From: Azolla caroliniana
Lineage: Eukaryota; Plantae; Polypodiophyta
NCBI GenBank assembly: GCA_043228905.1
Contig: JBHGNT010000713.1
Span: 1 to 16,925 of the forward strand
Length of the DNA: 16,925 nt
Direction: 5' to 3'
Below, piece after piece: positions 1 through 9,726 of this stretch. Position numbers and translations under genes: made by a program. The notes under the pieces are model-generated. The model saw only the letters and a program-made list of their open reading frames with translations, was not told the DNA's origin and did no database searches. Position 1 is the stretch's first letter; every line of letters begins with the position of its first letter.

Positions 1-248
1 AGTCAGTTTTAGATGCTTAGTTATGAGCATTCAAGTAATTGTTAGTACTTGCGTCAGCCTATGTCAGAGGCATGTATAAAAAGTGCTCTCTGAGCACTGT
101 TGTATGCATTGAGTCTTTTCTTGTAATAGAATTTTCACTTATTTTTTGCTCACTTTGTGTGTGTGTGTGTATTCCTAAGTGTCCTTTGTTGTCCGGCCGA
201 GACGACTGTGTCTCGTTTACAAGGCTTCCACACACATAATCTTTATCA
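1..248 (+). mobile_element. 3' part of the 5' LTR of a Ty1/Copia element (starts before the window)
   Basis: Ends in ...CTTTATCA directly before a tRNA-iMet PBS and a gag remnant; TATA-like GTATAAAAA at 74-82. Confidence 0.8.
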
Positions 249-260
249 TGGTATCAGAGC
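249..260 (+). promoter_or_regulatory. Primer binding site (tRNA-iMet), TGGTATCAGAGC
   Basis: Exact canonical plant PBS abutting the LTR-terminal CA. Confidence 0.92.
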
Positions 261-340
261 GAGAGGGTTGAAGATCCTCTATAGCCAACAAAGCGAACAA
301 AACAAAGAGACAAGCTTTCATCTTCTGGACAAGTATAAAC

Positions 341-632
341 ATGAACATGGGCAAAGGTATGGGCAACTTTCTTCTGGCGGAGAAGCTTGATAGAAGCAAC
401 TACGCATCTTGGTTGTACAAGATGCATTGGTACTTTCTCGGACATGGGTACAGGAGTTATGTCCAAGGACTAAATGAAGTACCACCAAAGCTAGCACACA
501 AAGATTTCCTAGCTTGGGAGCAAGCAACAAGCCAAGTCTTGTAGTGTTTTGCCTCATGTGTCCATGACCAGATGCTTGGGTACATAAAAGATACGAAGTC
601 GCCAAAGGATGCTTGGGGGAACCTGAAGAGGG
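341..632 (+). pseudogene. Truncated Copia gag N-terminus
   Basis: EKLDRSNYASWLYKMHWYFLGHGY...WEQATSQVL*CFASCVHDQMLGYIKDTKSPKDAWGNLKR aligns with the element B gag (EKLDRSNYSSWEYNMTQYLVGQGY...WEQAASRVMYCLATCIHDHML...ACENLKK). In-frame TAG at 542-544; homology stops at 632. Confidence 0.88.
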
Positions 633-714
633 TGTTGAGATGACAAACTCAACATGGGCCAGATCGGCTGTATAAGACGAGAGCCGAATCCGATGAAAGA
701 CCGATCCGCTAGAG
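633..714 (+). mobile_element. Probable 5' stub of another LTR inserted in the gag remnant
   Basis: Begins TGTTGAG-N8-CTCAACA, the same start and hairpin as the element B LTR (TGTTGAG-N8-CTCAAC), exactly where gag homology ends. No matching 3' end found. Confidence 0.45.
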
Positions 715-1994
715 ACAAGTTCTAGTTAGCCGAGATGTCGAGTTCGACAAATCAACCTATTGGTATTCTCTTCTAACTCTTACCCCTGAAGACTTTGTAC
801 CAAATTCTAAGGATGATGCTAGTGAAGCTAGCACAATTGTGGATAAAGAAGAAATTGGAATTCCAGAAAGTCCGATTTCATTCCGGCGAAGCGAGCCGAA
901 TTAGGAGTTGACCCGAAATGGCTAGCCGATTAATGAGCCGGAAATTAGTGGAGATTCGGCCATGCAATCCCCATGGATGAACTCGGACGAAGAAAAGGGT
1001 TATAAACACTATCACCCTCAGACAAAACAAGTTCTAGCTAGCCAAGATATCGTGTTCGATGAATCGGCCTCTTGGTATTCTCTTCTGACTCTTACCCATG
1101 AAGACTCTGTGCCAAATTCTAAAGATGAGGCCAGTGAAACTAGCAGAATTGTGGGTAAAGAAGCAATTAGAATTCCAGAAAGTCCGATTTCATTTCGGCG
1201 AAGCAGGCCGAATGAGGAGTTGACCTGAAACGGCTAGCTAATTAATGAGTCGGCAAGTAGTGGAGATTCGGCAATGCAATCCCCATGGATTAATTCGGAC
1301 GAAGAGAAGGGTTATAAACACTAGAACCCTCGAACAAAACAAGTTCAAGTTAGCTAAGATGTCGTGTTCAACGAATCGGTCTGTTGGTATTCTCTTCTGA
1401 CTCTTACCCCTGAAGTCTCTGTGCCAAATTCTAAGGATGAGGCCAGTGAAGCTTGCACAATTGTGTATAAAGAAGAAATTGGAATTCCAGAAAGTCCGAT
1501 TTCATTCCGGCGAAGTGGGCCGAATGAGGTGTTGACCCGAAATGGCTAGCCTATTGATGAGCCGGCAAGTAGTGGAGATTCGTCCATGTAATCCCCATGG
1601 ATGAACTCGACCGAAGAAAAGGGTAATAAACACCATAACCCTCGGACAAAACAAGTTCCAATTAGTCATGATGTGTATTCGACGAATCGGCCTCTTGGTA
1701 CTCTCTTCTGATGCTTACCCCTGCAGACTCTATACCAAATTCTAAGAATGAGGATAGGGAAGCTAGCACAATTGTGGATAAAGAAGAAATTGGAATTCTA
1801 GAAAGTGCGATTTCATTCCGGCGAAGCGGGCCGAATGAGGTGTTGACCCAAAATGGCTAGCCTATTGATGAGCCGGCAAGTAGTGGAGATTCGGCCATGC
1901 AATCCCCATGGATGAACTCGGCCGAAGAAAAGGGTAATAAACACCATAACCCTCGGACAAAACAAGTTCCAATTAGCCATGATGTTGTGTTCGA
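715..1994 (+). repeat. Tandem array, 312-bp unit x ~4.1, derived from Copia integrase C-terminus plus linker
   Basis: Anchor TGGTA(T/C)TCTC recurs at 761, 1073, 1385, 1696 (312/312/311 bp). The unit translates to KGYKHYHPQTKQVLASQDIVFDESASWY...ESPI, matching KAYKCYNPSMREVCVSRDVVFDK...ESPI in element B. Confidence 0.95.
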
Positions 1995-2290
1995 ATATTA
2001 CAAAACTTGTTTACCATAACATAAAGAAGTGATTTTGGCAAGACTTGAACTTACAACCTTCATCAAGGAAGAGGCATACCACTTCAACTTCTTCATTATC
2101 CTGCTTTCTATTTCTTTACTTTAGGTTTTGTGTTGGTTTATGTAGGCCACCATCTTCTTCTCCAACCTTTGCATCCCGCACCCTTGCAAGCTTCTTCACT
2201 CACTTTTTCTTCTTCTCCTCTTCTTCCTCCGCTCCCCCCTTCTTCAGCTACCATGGGAGTGGCTTTTATAGGGGGTCAACCACCTAGCCA
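1995..2290 (-). mobile_element. Possible LTR/promoter fragment on the minus strand
   Basis: Minus strand reads CCCCCTATAAAAGCC (TATA near 2264-2271) followed by a GA-rich leader. No termini or TSD identified. Confidence 0.25.
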
Positions 2291-2590
2291 CCCTCCTTGA
2301 TGAGCGGTTGTTTTATTTATTTATTTATAGATTCTAGTTTATATTTTTACGTTCGAGAAATTACATAATCACCTTCATTTAATTTTGAGCTCCCCTTTTT
2401 GATATAATTACATTTGCGCCATGAGTGATCTTGAAGGTAACATTGATCCTTTCGAAGGTTGTATCTTGGGCTTATGAACTGCGATTCACGAATTGAAAAA
2501 TCCTACATGCTCCTCATTGCAAGCTCTAGATGGAAATTTTACTTCTAAAGATTTTTAACATTGTTTAGATATCATGAAACCTCAACTTCA

Positions 2591-3458
2591 CTACACTATT
2601 TGATGGCGATCGGCTACATCTCGAAGCTCCAAACGAGGACGGACTTCTGCGAGCATTGTCGTTATGGGAAACGGACCTAAAGTCCGCACTCTCTCCACTA
2701 CAAGACAATACGACCCCCCCTGGAGGTTGTACACACCGATATTTGCAGACCGATACCCAAATGGTCTCTAGGCGACGTTCGATACTTCATCACAAGCGTG
2801 GATGATTGTACTCGGAAAGTTTGGGCCTATTCAATTAGGTCGAAAGACGAGGCGCCCGAGGTCTTCACTCGATGGCTAGCCGAAGTGGAGAACAGACCAG
2901 GATACAGAGTGAAGCCACTCTAATTCGACAACAGAGGTGAGTACACCACTTAAGCATTCAAACAGTACCTGTTCGAAAAAGGAATATGGCATTAGAGAAC
3001 CGTTCTATACACTCCAATGCAGAACGACGTGGCGGAACGCATGAACTAGACAATCCAAGAGAGAGTGACATCAATGCTACAACATTTCAAACTCAAGCTA
3101 GAATTCTAAGGCGAGGCACTACAAACAACCATCTATTTGTTAAATCTATCGCCAACGAGAGCAGTGCGGCTCGAAGTGCTACATGCACTATGGTATGGCA
3201 AAGTGCCGACCTACAACAAGCTTCGAATTTTCGGAAGCGAAGCCTATGTCTTTATTCCCAAGGACAAAAAGACCAAGTTGGCACCCCGTGCACTTAAGTG
3301 TATATTTCTAGGCTACGGCACTGATGGGGACTTCGCCTATTGGCTACGGGATCTAGAGAACCGGAAAATGATCCGGAGCAGCGATGTAGTCTTCAATGAA
3401 GACTCAATACTCTTCGACTCGACTCAACCAAAGAAAATCTGCAAAAAGGTTACATTTG
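2591..3458 (+). pseudogene. Copia integrase of element A (multiple in-frame stops)
   Basis: One frame: FCEHCRYGK, LEVVHTDIC, YFITSVDDCTRKVW, DNRGEY, TPMQNDVAERMN, LRIFGSEAYVFIPK, KCIFLGYG, SSDVVFNE. Interrupted by element B at 3459. Confidence 0.92.
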
Positions 3459-3905
3459 TGTTGAGAGATCAAGCTCAACTTAGTTTAGTTAGTTAGTCAA
3501 CACATGTAACTTAGTAGTTACCTAGATAGAATCTAGTTAGTGTGTTGACCATAAGGCCTTAAATAGGATTTTGTACTTGAGTGGGATACATTGTAGATCC
3601 ACCACTCCATGCTCATTTAATATAGGACTTACACGTTGTACCTATATTCTCCTAGCACATGTGCACCCTTGCACATGAAACCTATATATACCTCATTGAA
3701 GGTATTTTTGTATTTGATGATAGTTGATGATATTTACCTTTTAATATACTTTATCATCCCCCGTCTTGTTTTTGTGTTCATAAGTGTACTTCTCTCTCTC
3801 TTCCTCTCTCACACACATATGCACACATATCACTTAATCTTCCGCTTAACTTAATCACATAATTAGGTATTAATTAACCCTTAATTACTTACCTAATTCT
3901 TAACA
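3459..3905 (+). repeat. 5' LTR of element B (447 bp)
   Basis: TGTTGAGAGATC...TTCTTAACA; near-identical to 8080-8524; followed by PBS. Confidence 0.96.
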
Positions 3906-3917
3906 TGGTATCAGAGC
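3906..3917 (+). promoter_or_regulatory. Primer binding site (tRNA-iMet) of element B
   Basis: TGGTATCAGAGC directly after the LTR CA. Confidence 0.95.
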
Positions 3918-4076
3918 GTGTGGTTTAGAAAATCCACTAAGCCCACCTGACTCCGTGATTATGTGTTCGAGACGCTGACGACAAAATCCGGCTATCGGCT
4001 ACCGTAGTGTCGCTACGTAGCGCGTGTACGTGATCGAAGGAAGAAAATCAAAAGAAGAGAAGACACTACAATCAAC

Positions 4077-6680
4077 ATGAACACACAAATGGGTAGCTCA
4101 CTCCCTAATGAAAAGCTAGACCGGAGTAATTATTCATCTTGGGAGTACAATATGACCCAATACCTCGTCGGACAAGGGTATTGGAGCTACATCAACGGCG
4201 CTCAAGAAAATCGACCCGACTCGAAAAATGTCGACGATGCAACATGGGAGCAAGCGGCAAGTCGAGTCATGTATTGCTTGGCAACATGTATCCATGACCA
4301 CATGCTTAGCCACATTCGAGACACCAAGACGACTAAAGAGGCGTGTGAGAACTTAAAGAAAATGTTCGCCGCCAACACGACCGCCCAAAAGCTTCAACTC
4401 TGACAAGAGTTGAACAACATTCGGCAAAAAGACATGTCCGTGTCGGACTACACCAAGATCAAGAGCATTTGCGACTCACTTGTCTCCATCAACATAAACG
4501 TCGACGAAGACGAGATGGTTCAAGTATGCTTGGGTGGCCTCGCACAACAATTTGATCCACTACGGACGGCAATCTTGGCGAGAGAAAACCCTCCTTCATT
4601 CTTCAACCTCCAATCAATGCTATTGGTTGAAGAGAACCACGTCCGAACCAAAAGCAAGACGTCGGAAGGACAAATGTTCTTCTCAAATTCGGACGGTGGC
4701 CGAGGAGGTCACGGCGGTAGAAGAGGTCAATTCGACCCATCACGTGAAGGGAACTCAAACCTTCACAAAAGCCATCGAGGAACCTTCGGAAGAAGGGGGA
4801 GCTTCCACGCCGAACAAGGTCAGCAAAAGAGGCCCACAACTTGCAATTATTGCGGCAAAGTCGGCCACTACAATGCGGAGTGTCGGAAAAAGAGAAGTGA
4901 GTCAGCTTCAACAAGTCAACAACACACGAATTACGCCGTCAACTCCGAATACGATGATTACGGTGGACTATTCGTAATGAGGCATAGAGCGAACTCTATG
5001 ACGGCCTCCAACTCCGCAAGCACCTCCAACTCGGAAGACATGTGGTTCGTCGATTCCGGTGCCTCACATCACATGACATCTCACGAAGAGTGGTTTCGTG
5101 ATTTACGAACGCCGGATCGACCCGGCTTCATAGAGACGGGAGATGACACCACGCACCCCATTCGGCACATTGGCAATGTCCCATTCGGGAAAGAAGGAGA
5201 GCAAACTTACATCAAGAATGTCTTGCACGAGCCCACAATAATGAAGAATTTGGTCTCGGTCGGCCGAATTGTGGAGCAAGGCATGCAAGTCCGCTTCAAC
5301 AACGAAGCTTGTTTCATCGAGAAAGATGGCCGACTCATAGCGAAGGGGCGGAGAGACAACCAAATGTTCATCCTTGATTCGAACGAGGTGAAATCGGCAA
5401 TGTACGCCAAAGGTCTCAAAACCGAGACTAGCATCGAGTTGTGGCACAAGAGAATCGGCCACATAAACCTCCAACAGCTTCGAGCGATGCAAACGAAGGG
5501 AGTCGTCATTGGACTTCCGACATTCTAGTCGAAACGAGTCGACCGAGTATGCAAAGCGTGTCAACTCGGCAAACAACATCGACTCCCATTCCCGAAGGAG
5601 AGCCACGCGAGCAAAGGCCTCCTCGACGTCATACACTCGGATGTATGGGGACCGGCTCAAACGTCGACGATCGGCGGATGCCGATACTACATAACCTTCA
5701 TCGACGACTACTCGCGCTACGCGTGGATCTACCTGATGAAGAAGAAGAGCGAAGTGTTCTCCCACTTCCAAAAGCTCAATCGTCAAGTCGAAAAAGAAAC
5801 CAGTCGGCACATTCGTTGCCTACGATCGGATGGAGGAAAGGAGTACTTCTCCGACGAATTCACCTCCTACCTCCAAAGTGAAGGCATTCAAAGAGAATTT
5901 TCATGCCGACACACACCCCAACAAAATGGAGTCGCTGAAAGGAAAAATCGGCAAATACTCGAGGTAGCACGCGCCATGATGCATGAGAAGCACATGTCGA
6001 ACTTCTATTGGGCTGAAGCGGCATCCACAGCCGTCTATCTCATGAATCGATGCACCACCAATGGAGTCCATGAGCTAACTCCATACGAGCTCCTTGTCGG
6101 AAGGAAGCCGATCTTGTCGCACCTCAAGGTGTTTGGAAGCATTGTGAATGTACGCATCCTGAACGAACAACGATAGAAGCCCGACGCGAAGTCGGAGGAA
6201 TGTATCCTCATAGGATACTCATCCGAGAAGAAGGCGTACAAGTGCTACAACCCGTCGATGCGAGAAGTTTGCGTAAGTCGAGACGTAGTCTTCGACAAAT
6301 ACGCATCCTAGTACGCACCAGAGAGCTCTTCGACTCCGACTACGCTCGATGCAGATTACGCCGAACAAGAGGTAGAAGCCGAAGATCAACTTGCGCATAT
6401 GAACGAAGAAAGTCCAATTACGACCGAGCTTAGTGGCCCACAAGAATCTCCACATGACCCAAGCACATCGCGACCAAGAACGAACTTGGACAAAGGCAAA
6501 GGTAAGATGCCCGAATACGAAGTCGATCACCCCGACGAAAATGATTCGGATGGATCGGCTCCCTCACTAGACAATGAGTTTGGTGTACCCATCATGCGGA
6601 CACCCGGAGTAAAAAAGGCGCTCACATCGGCGAGCGAAAAACTTCGACGCTCTTCTAGAGAGAAGAATCTCGTCATTCGA
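4077..6680 (+). pseudogene. gag-protease-integrase polyprotein of element B (single frame, 4 nonsense codons)
   Basis: ORFs starting at 4077, 4410, 5736 and 6399 share one frame; stops at 4401, 5526, 6174, 6309. Motifs: zinc knuckle CNYCGKVGHYNAEC (4842-4883), protease WFVDSGAS, WHKRIGH/CKAC, HSDVWG, RSDGGKEY, NGVAERKNR, SRDVVFD. Confidence 0.95.
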
Positions 6681-7780
6681 TGTCGTGTGGTTTTTCACAC
6701 ACGATATGAAAACTATGTAAAAAAAATAATGAAATAATTATTTTAGATTAGATTAGTAGCTTGTTATAGGAAGATGGATGTCTCAAGAGCTTCAAAACGC
6801 ATTTTACTAGATACAAAATGGACAACTACATATCAAATTATGAGAACATGAAGTTTGAGAAGATAGGGAAAATAGAACTATGTTTTATCCCACATAGATA
6901 GGAAATTTAAGGCCCTAGCTATATAAGCACATTGAGATCCCTTATTTTTCATTTGTGCTAAGAGCACTTTGGCCACTTTGTCTAGATGGATGAATGTGGC
7001 CAAGTTAACAAAAAACAAAATTGGAACCAGTCGGAAAGCTAACCGGAACTGGCTGGAAAGCAAATCGGAATTGGCCAAAAAGGAAACTAGAACTAGCCGG
7101 TAAGCAAATCGGAACCGGCCGGAAAGCAAACCAGAATCGGCTTGTAGACAAACCGGAACCAGCCAGAAAGCAAATCAGAACCAGCCAGAAAGCAAACTGG
7201 AACCAACCGATAATCAAATAGGAACCGGCAAAATCGGCACTCGGAAACCGGCGACCGGACGAGGTTGGACGCGGACCAGACGGATTGGATGGGCGGCGAT
7301 CGAGACGGACAGATGATAGGATCATGTGGTTAATTAAAGTAAAGTAAAGGTCATGTGGACGGTTGCATGCAACTAAAAGTGGACATGCAAAGTAACATGG
7401 AAGGCTATAATCAAGGGAGAACTCCATATATATTCCATTTTTTTTTCTAAACACATCCTCTCTCTCCATATTTTATTTTCTTCTCCTTCTTAGTTCCCTT
7501 ATCTTATCGAAGCCATAACACTCATAAACCATAATTTTCCATACGGAAGCCATATCTCTCAAACCCCTAATTTTTCTTTTCTATTAATCTCCATAAGCTA
7601 AAACTTTTGAATCCCAATCTTGGGACATATTGTAATTTCTTTTCCTTTGTTAATGAAAATTATTAAATTTCTTATTTCAGTTAATTGTTAAAAATATAAA
7701 AGCACGAATGTGATGTCCTCTGGTCAAAGGCCCCGGGGTCCTGCCTCAATTTCACGTGTCCTCGTCGTATTTTCGCGACA
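6681..7780 (+). mobile_element. Insert C: 1100-bp solo-LTR-like element nested in element B
   Basis: Termini TGTCGTG...CGCGACA; flanks TCGA (6677-6680) and TCGG (7781-7784). Removing it plus 4 bp restores the frame NLVIR-LGYNEY. Homologous to insert D. Strand inferred from TATA motifs followed by a CT-rich leader. Confidence 0.88.
7023..7229. repeat. 22-bp minisatellite, ~9.4 copies, consensus GGAACCRGCCGGAAAGCAAAYC
   Basis: Units start at 7023, 7045, 7067, 7089, 7111, 7133, 7155, 7177, 7199, 7221 with no indels. Confidence 0.92.
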
Positions 7781-7784
7781 TCGG

Positions 7785-7900
7785 CTCGGCTACAACGAGT
7801 ATATGGCTCAGCATTACGCCTTCGCGATGAAGGTAGCGGCCGAACAAGAGCCCAAGAGTTCCACCGAAGCGGCTTGTAACCCACGATGGGTGGAAGTAGT
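7785..7900 (+). pseudogene. Continuation of element B pol (INT-RT linker up to the internal deletion)
   Basis: LGYNEYMAQHYAFAMKVAAEQEPKSSTEAACNPRWVE matches the Copia EPxSxxEAxxxPxW motif that precedes RT; no RT follows. Confidence 0.8.
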
Positions 7901-8067
7901 CGACCTTCACCCACACACTACAAGCCTTCGTCACCGGCTTGAGGGGGAGGAACCGAGATTGCCACGACGAGGAAAGCCGAAGGCCAGACGGAAGCTGCAC
8001 AAAAGCCGACATCGGAAGCCGAACAACGTCGAAAACAACGTCGGATGTCGGATGCCTCACACTTGAG

Positions 8068-8079
8068 CTTGAGGGGGCG
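8068..8079 (+). promoter_or_regulatory. Polypurine tract of element B
   Basis: CTTGAGGGGGCG directly before the 3' LTR TG, typical of Copia PPTs. Confidence 0.88.
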
Positions 8080-8524
8080 TGTTGAGAGATCAAGCTCAAC
8101 TTAGTTTAGTTAGTTAGTCAACACATGTAACTTAGTAGTTACCTAGATAGAATCTAGTTAGTGTGTTGACCATAAAGCCTTAAATAGGATTTTGTACTTG
8201 AGTGGGATACATTGTAGATCCACCACTCCATGCTCATTTAATATAGGACTTACACGTTGTACCTATATTCTCCTAGCACATGTGCACCCTTGCACATGAA
8301 ACCTATATATACCTCATTGAAGGTATTTTTATATTTGATGATAGTTGATGATATTTACCTTTTAATATACTTTATAATCCCCCGTCTTGTTTTTGTGTTC
8401 ATAAGTGTACTTCTCTCTCTCTTCCTCTCTCACACACATACACACACATATCACTTAATCTTCCGCTTAACTTAATCACATAATTAGGTACTAATACACT
8501 TAATTACTTACCTAATTCTTAACA
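8080..8524 (+). repeat. 3' LTR of element B (445 bp)
   Basis: Direct repeat of 3459-3905 with roughly 7-8 substitutions and a 2-bp indel by eye; followed by TSD ATTTG. Confidence 0.96.
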
Positions 8525-8573
8525 ATTTGACTACTGGTGAACTTGAACAACTTGACGTCAAAGTTGAACCCAC

Positions 8574-9250
8574 AACTTGAACAACTTGACATCAAAGTTC
8601 GGCCTTCCTTCATGGAGATCTAAATGAAGACATCTATATGTCTCAACTAGTTGGCTTCACGGTGATGGGGGAGCAAGGTCACCTCTTCTACAAGTTGAAG
8701 AAGAGCCTATATGACCAAAAGAAAACGCCACAGATGTGGTATCAGAAGTTCGATACCTACATCCGACAACCTAGCTATAACCAGTCAAACATCGACCCAT
8801 GCATGTACATTCGGCAATTGCCCGATGAGTCCCAGATCTACATGATCCTATATGTTACCGATATGCTCATTGTAGGGAGAGGGAGCAATCAAACCGAAAT
8901 CGGAAGACTGAAGCGGAGCCTTCATGATAAGTTTTCAATGAAGGAACTCGGACAAGCCCAACATATCTTGGGCATGAGGATCGATCAGAATCAAATGACT
9001 AAGACTCTCTGGCTCTCCTAGTCCAATTGTATCTGAAAAGTTGCTTAGAAGGTTTAGCATGCAAAATGTTAAGCTGACACCAACTCCGCTCCCAATGTCA
9101 ACACGACTAACATACAAGGACTCTCCTTTGACCGACAAGGAGAGAGAGCTCAATGGAAAGATACCCTACGCATCAGTTGTAGGAAGTATCATGTACGCAA
9201 TGGTGGCGACCCAATCTGACCTTGCATATGTCGTAGGGGTTGTTAGCCAG
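8574..9250 (+). pseudogene. Reverse transcriptase of element A (N-terminally deleted, inactivated)
   Basis: LEQLDIK/AFLHGDLNEDIYM, YKLKKSLYD, WYQKFD, DPCMY, LYVTDML (catalytic YVDD altered), MKELG, PYASVVGSIMYAMV. Stop at 9019 and frameshift near 9040. Confidence 0.93.
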
Positions 9251-9566
9251 TGTCGTGAAGATTTTCGGCAATGGTTTGAAAATCACATAAAACTATAAAA
9301 GGATGGAGGTCTTTAAGAGCTTTCGGATGCACTTTACTACATAAGAAACGGACATCTAAGTGTCAACTTATGTGGGTATGAAGTTTTGCAAAAGAAAAAA
9401 GAAAAATAAAACTGTGAAATATCCCACATAGATAATAAAGTTAAGGCCCTGGCTATATAAGCACATTGAGATCCCTTATTTTTTATTTGTGCTAAGAGCA
9501 CTTTGGCCACTTTGTTTAGATGGATTTATGTGGGCTAAATTCCCAAAAACTGACTGGCATTAAAAT

Positions 9567-9632
9567 GGAACCGGCCGTTAATGAAATCGGAATTGGCCAG
9601 AAATAAATTTGGAATCGACTGATAAACTGGAA
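9567..9632. repeat. Three degenerate copies of the 22-bp unit seen in insert C
   Basis: GGAA starts at 9567, 9589 and 9611. Confidence 0.7.
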
Positions 9633-9726
9633 ACCAAACCTAAACTGGCCGGTTGGCGGCGAATCCGGCGACCGATGGTAACCGGCGGCATTCGGTGACC
9701 GGATATATATATATATACACACACAA

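Larger units (their letters stand above)
3459..8524 (+). mobile_element. Element B: Ty1/Copia LTR retrotransposon with both LTRs, lacking RT/RNaseH (non-autonomous)
   Basis: TG...CA LTRs at 3459-3905 and 8080-8524; perfect 5-bp TSD ATTTG (3454-3458, 8525-8529); PBS, gag-PR-INT and PPT present. Confidence 0.96.

Noticed and set aside
1-248. Pairing this LTR with 10992-11552 as the two ends of one element
   Set aside because: No visible similarity beyond the terminal TTATCA, and the adjacent gag resembles element B rather than being linkable to A.
2421-2590. ATG-initiated MSDLEGNIDPFEG... as a possible gag start
   Set aside because: Two stops within ~55 codons, no PBS upstream and no recognisable motif.
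3636-3854. 72-aa hydrophobic ORF, duplicated at 8257-8475
   Set aside because: Lies inside the two LTRs of element B, starts at TTG and runs through CT/CA microsatellite; the duplication is explained by LTR identity.
5103-5810. 235-aa antisense ORF and other overlapping ORFs in element B
   Set aside because: Shadow frames of the GC-rich gag-pol sequence with no recognisable motifs.
7023-7229. CRISPR-like appearance of regular short repeats
   Set aside because: Head-to-tail units with no unique spacers, in a eukaryotic TE context with no cas genes.
7005-7469. 154-aa minus ORF and 66-aa plus ORF with repetitive sequence
   Set aside because: Artefacts of the 22-bp minisatellite; the period is not a multiple of 3.
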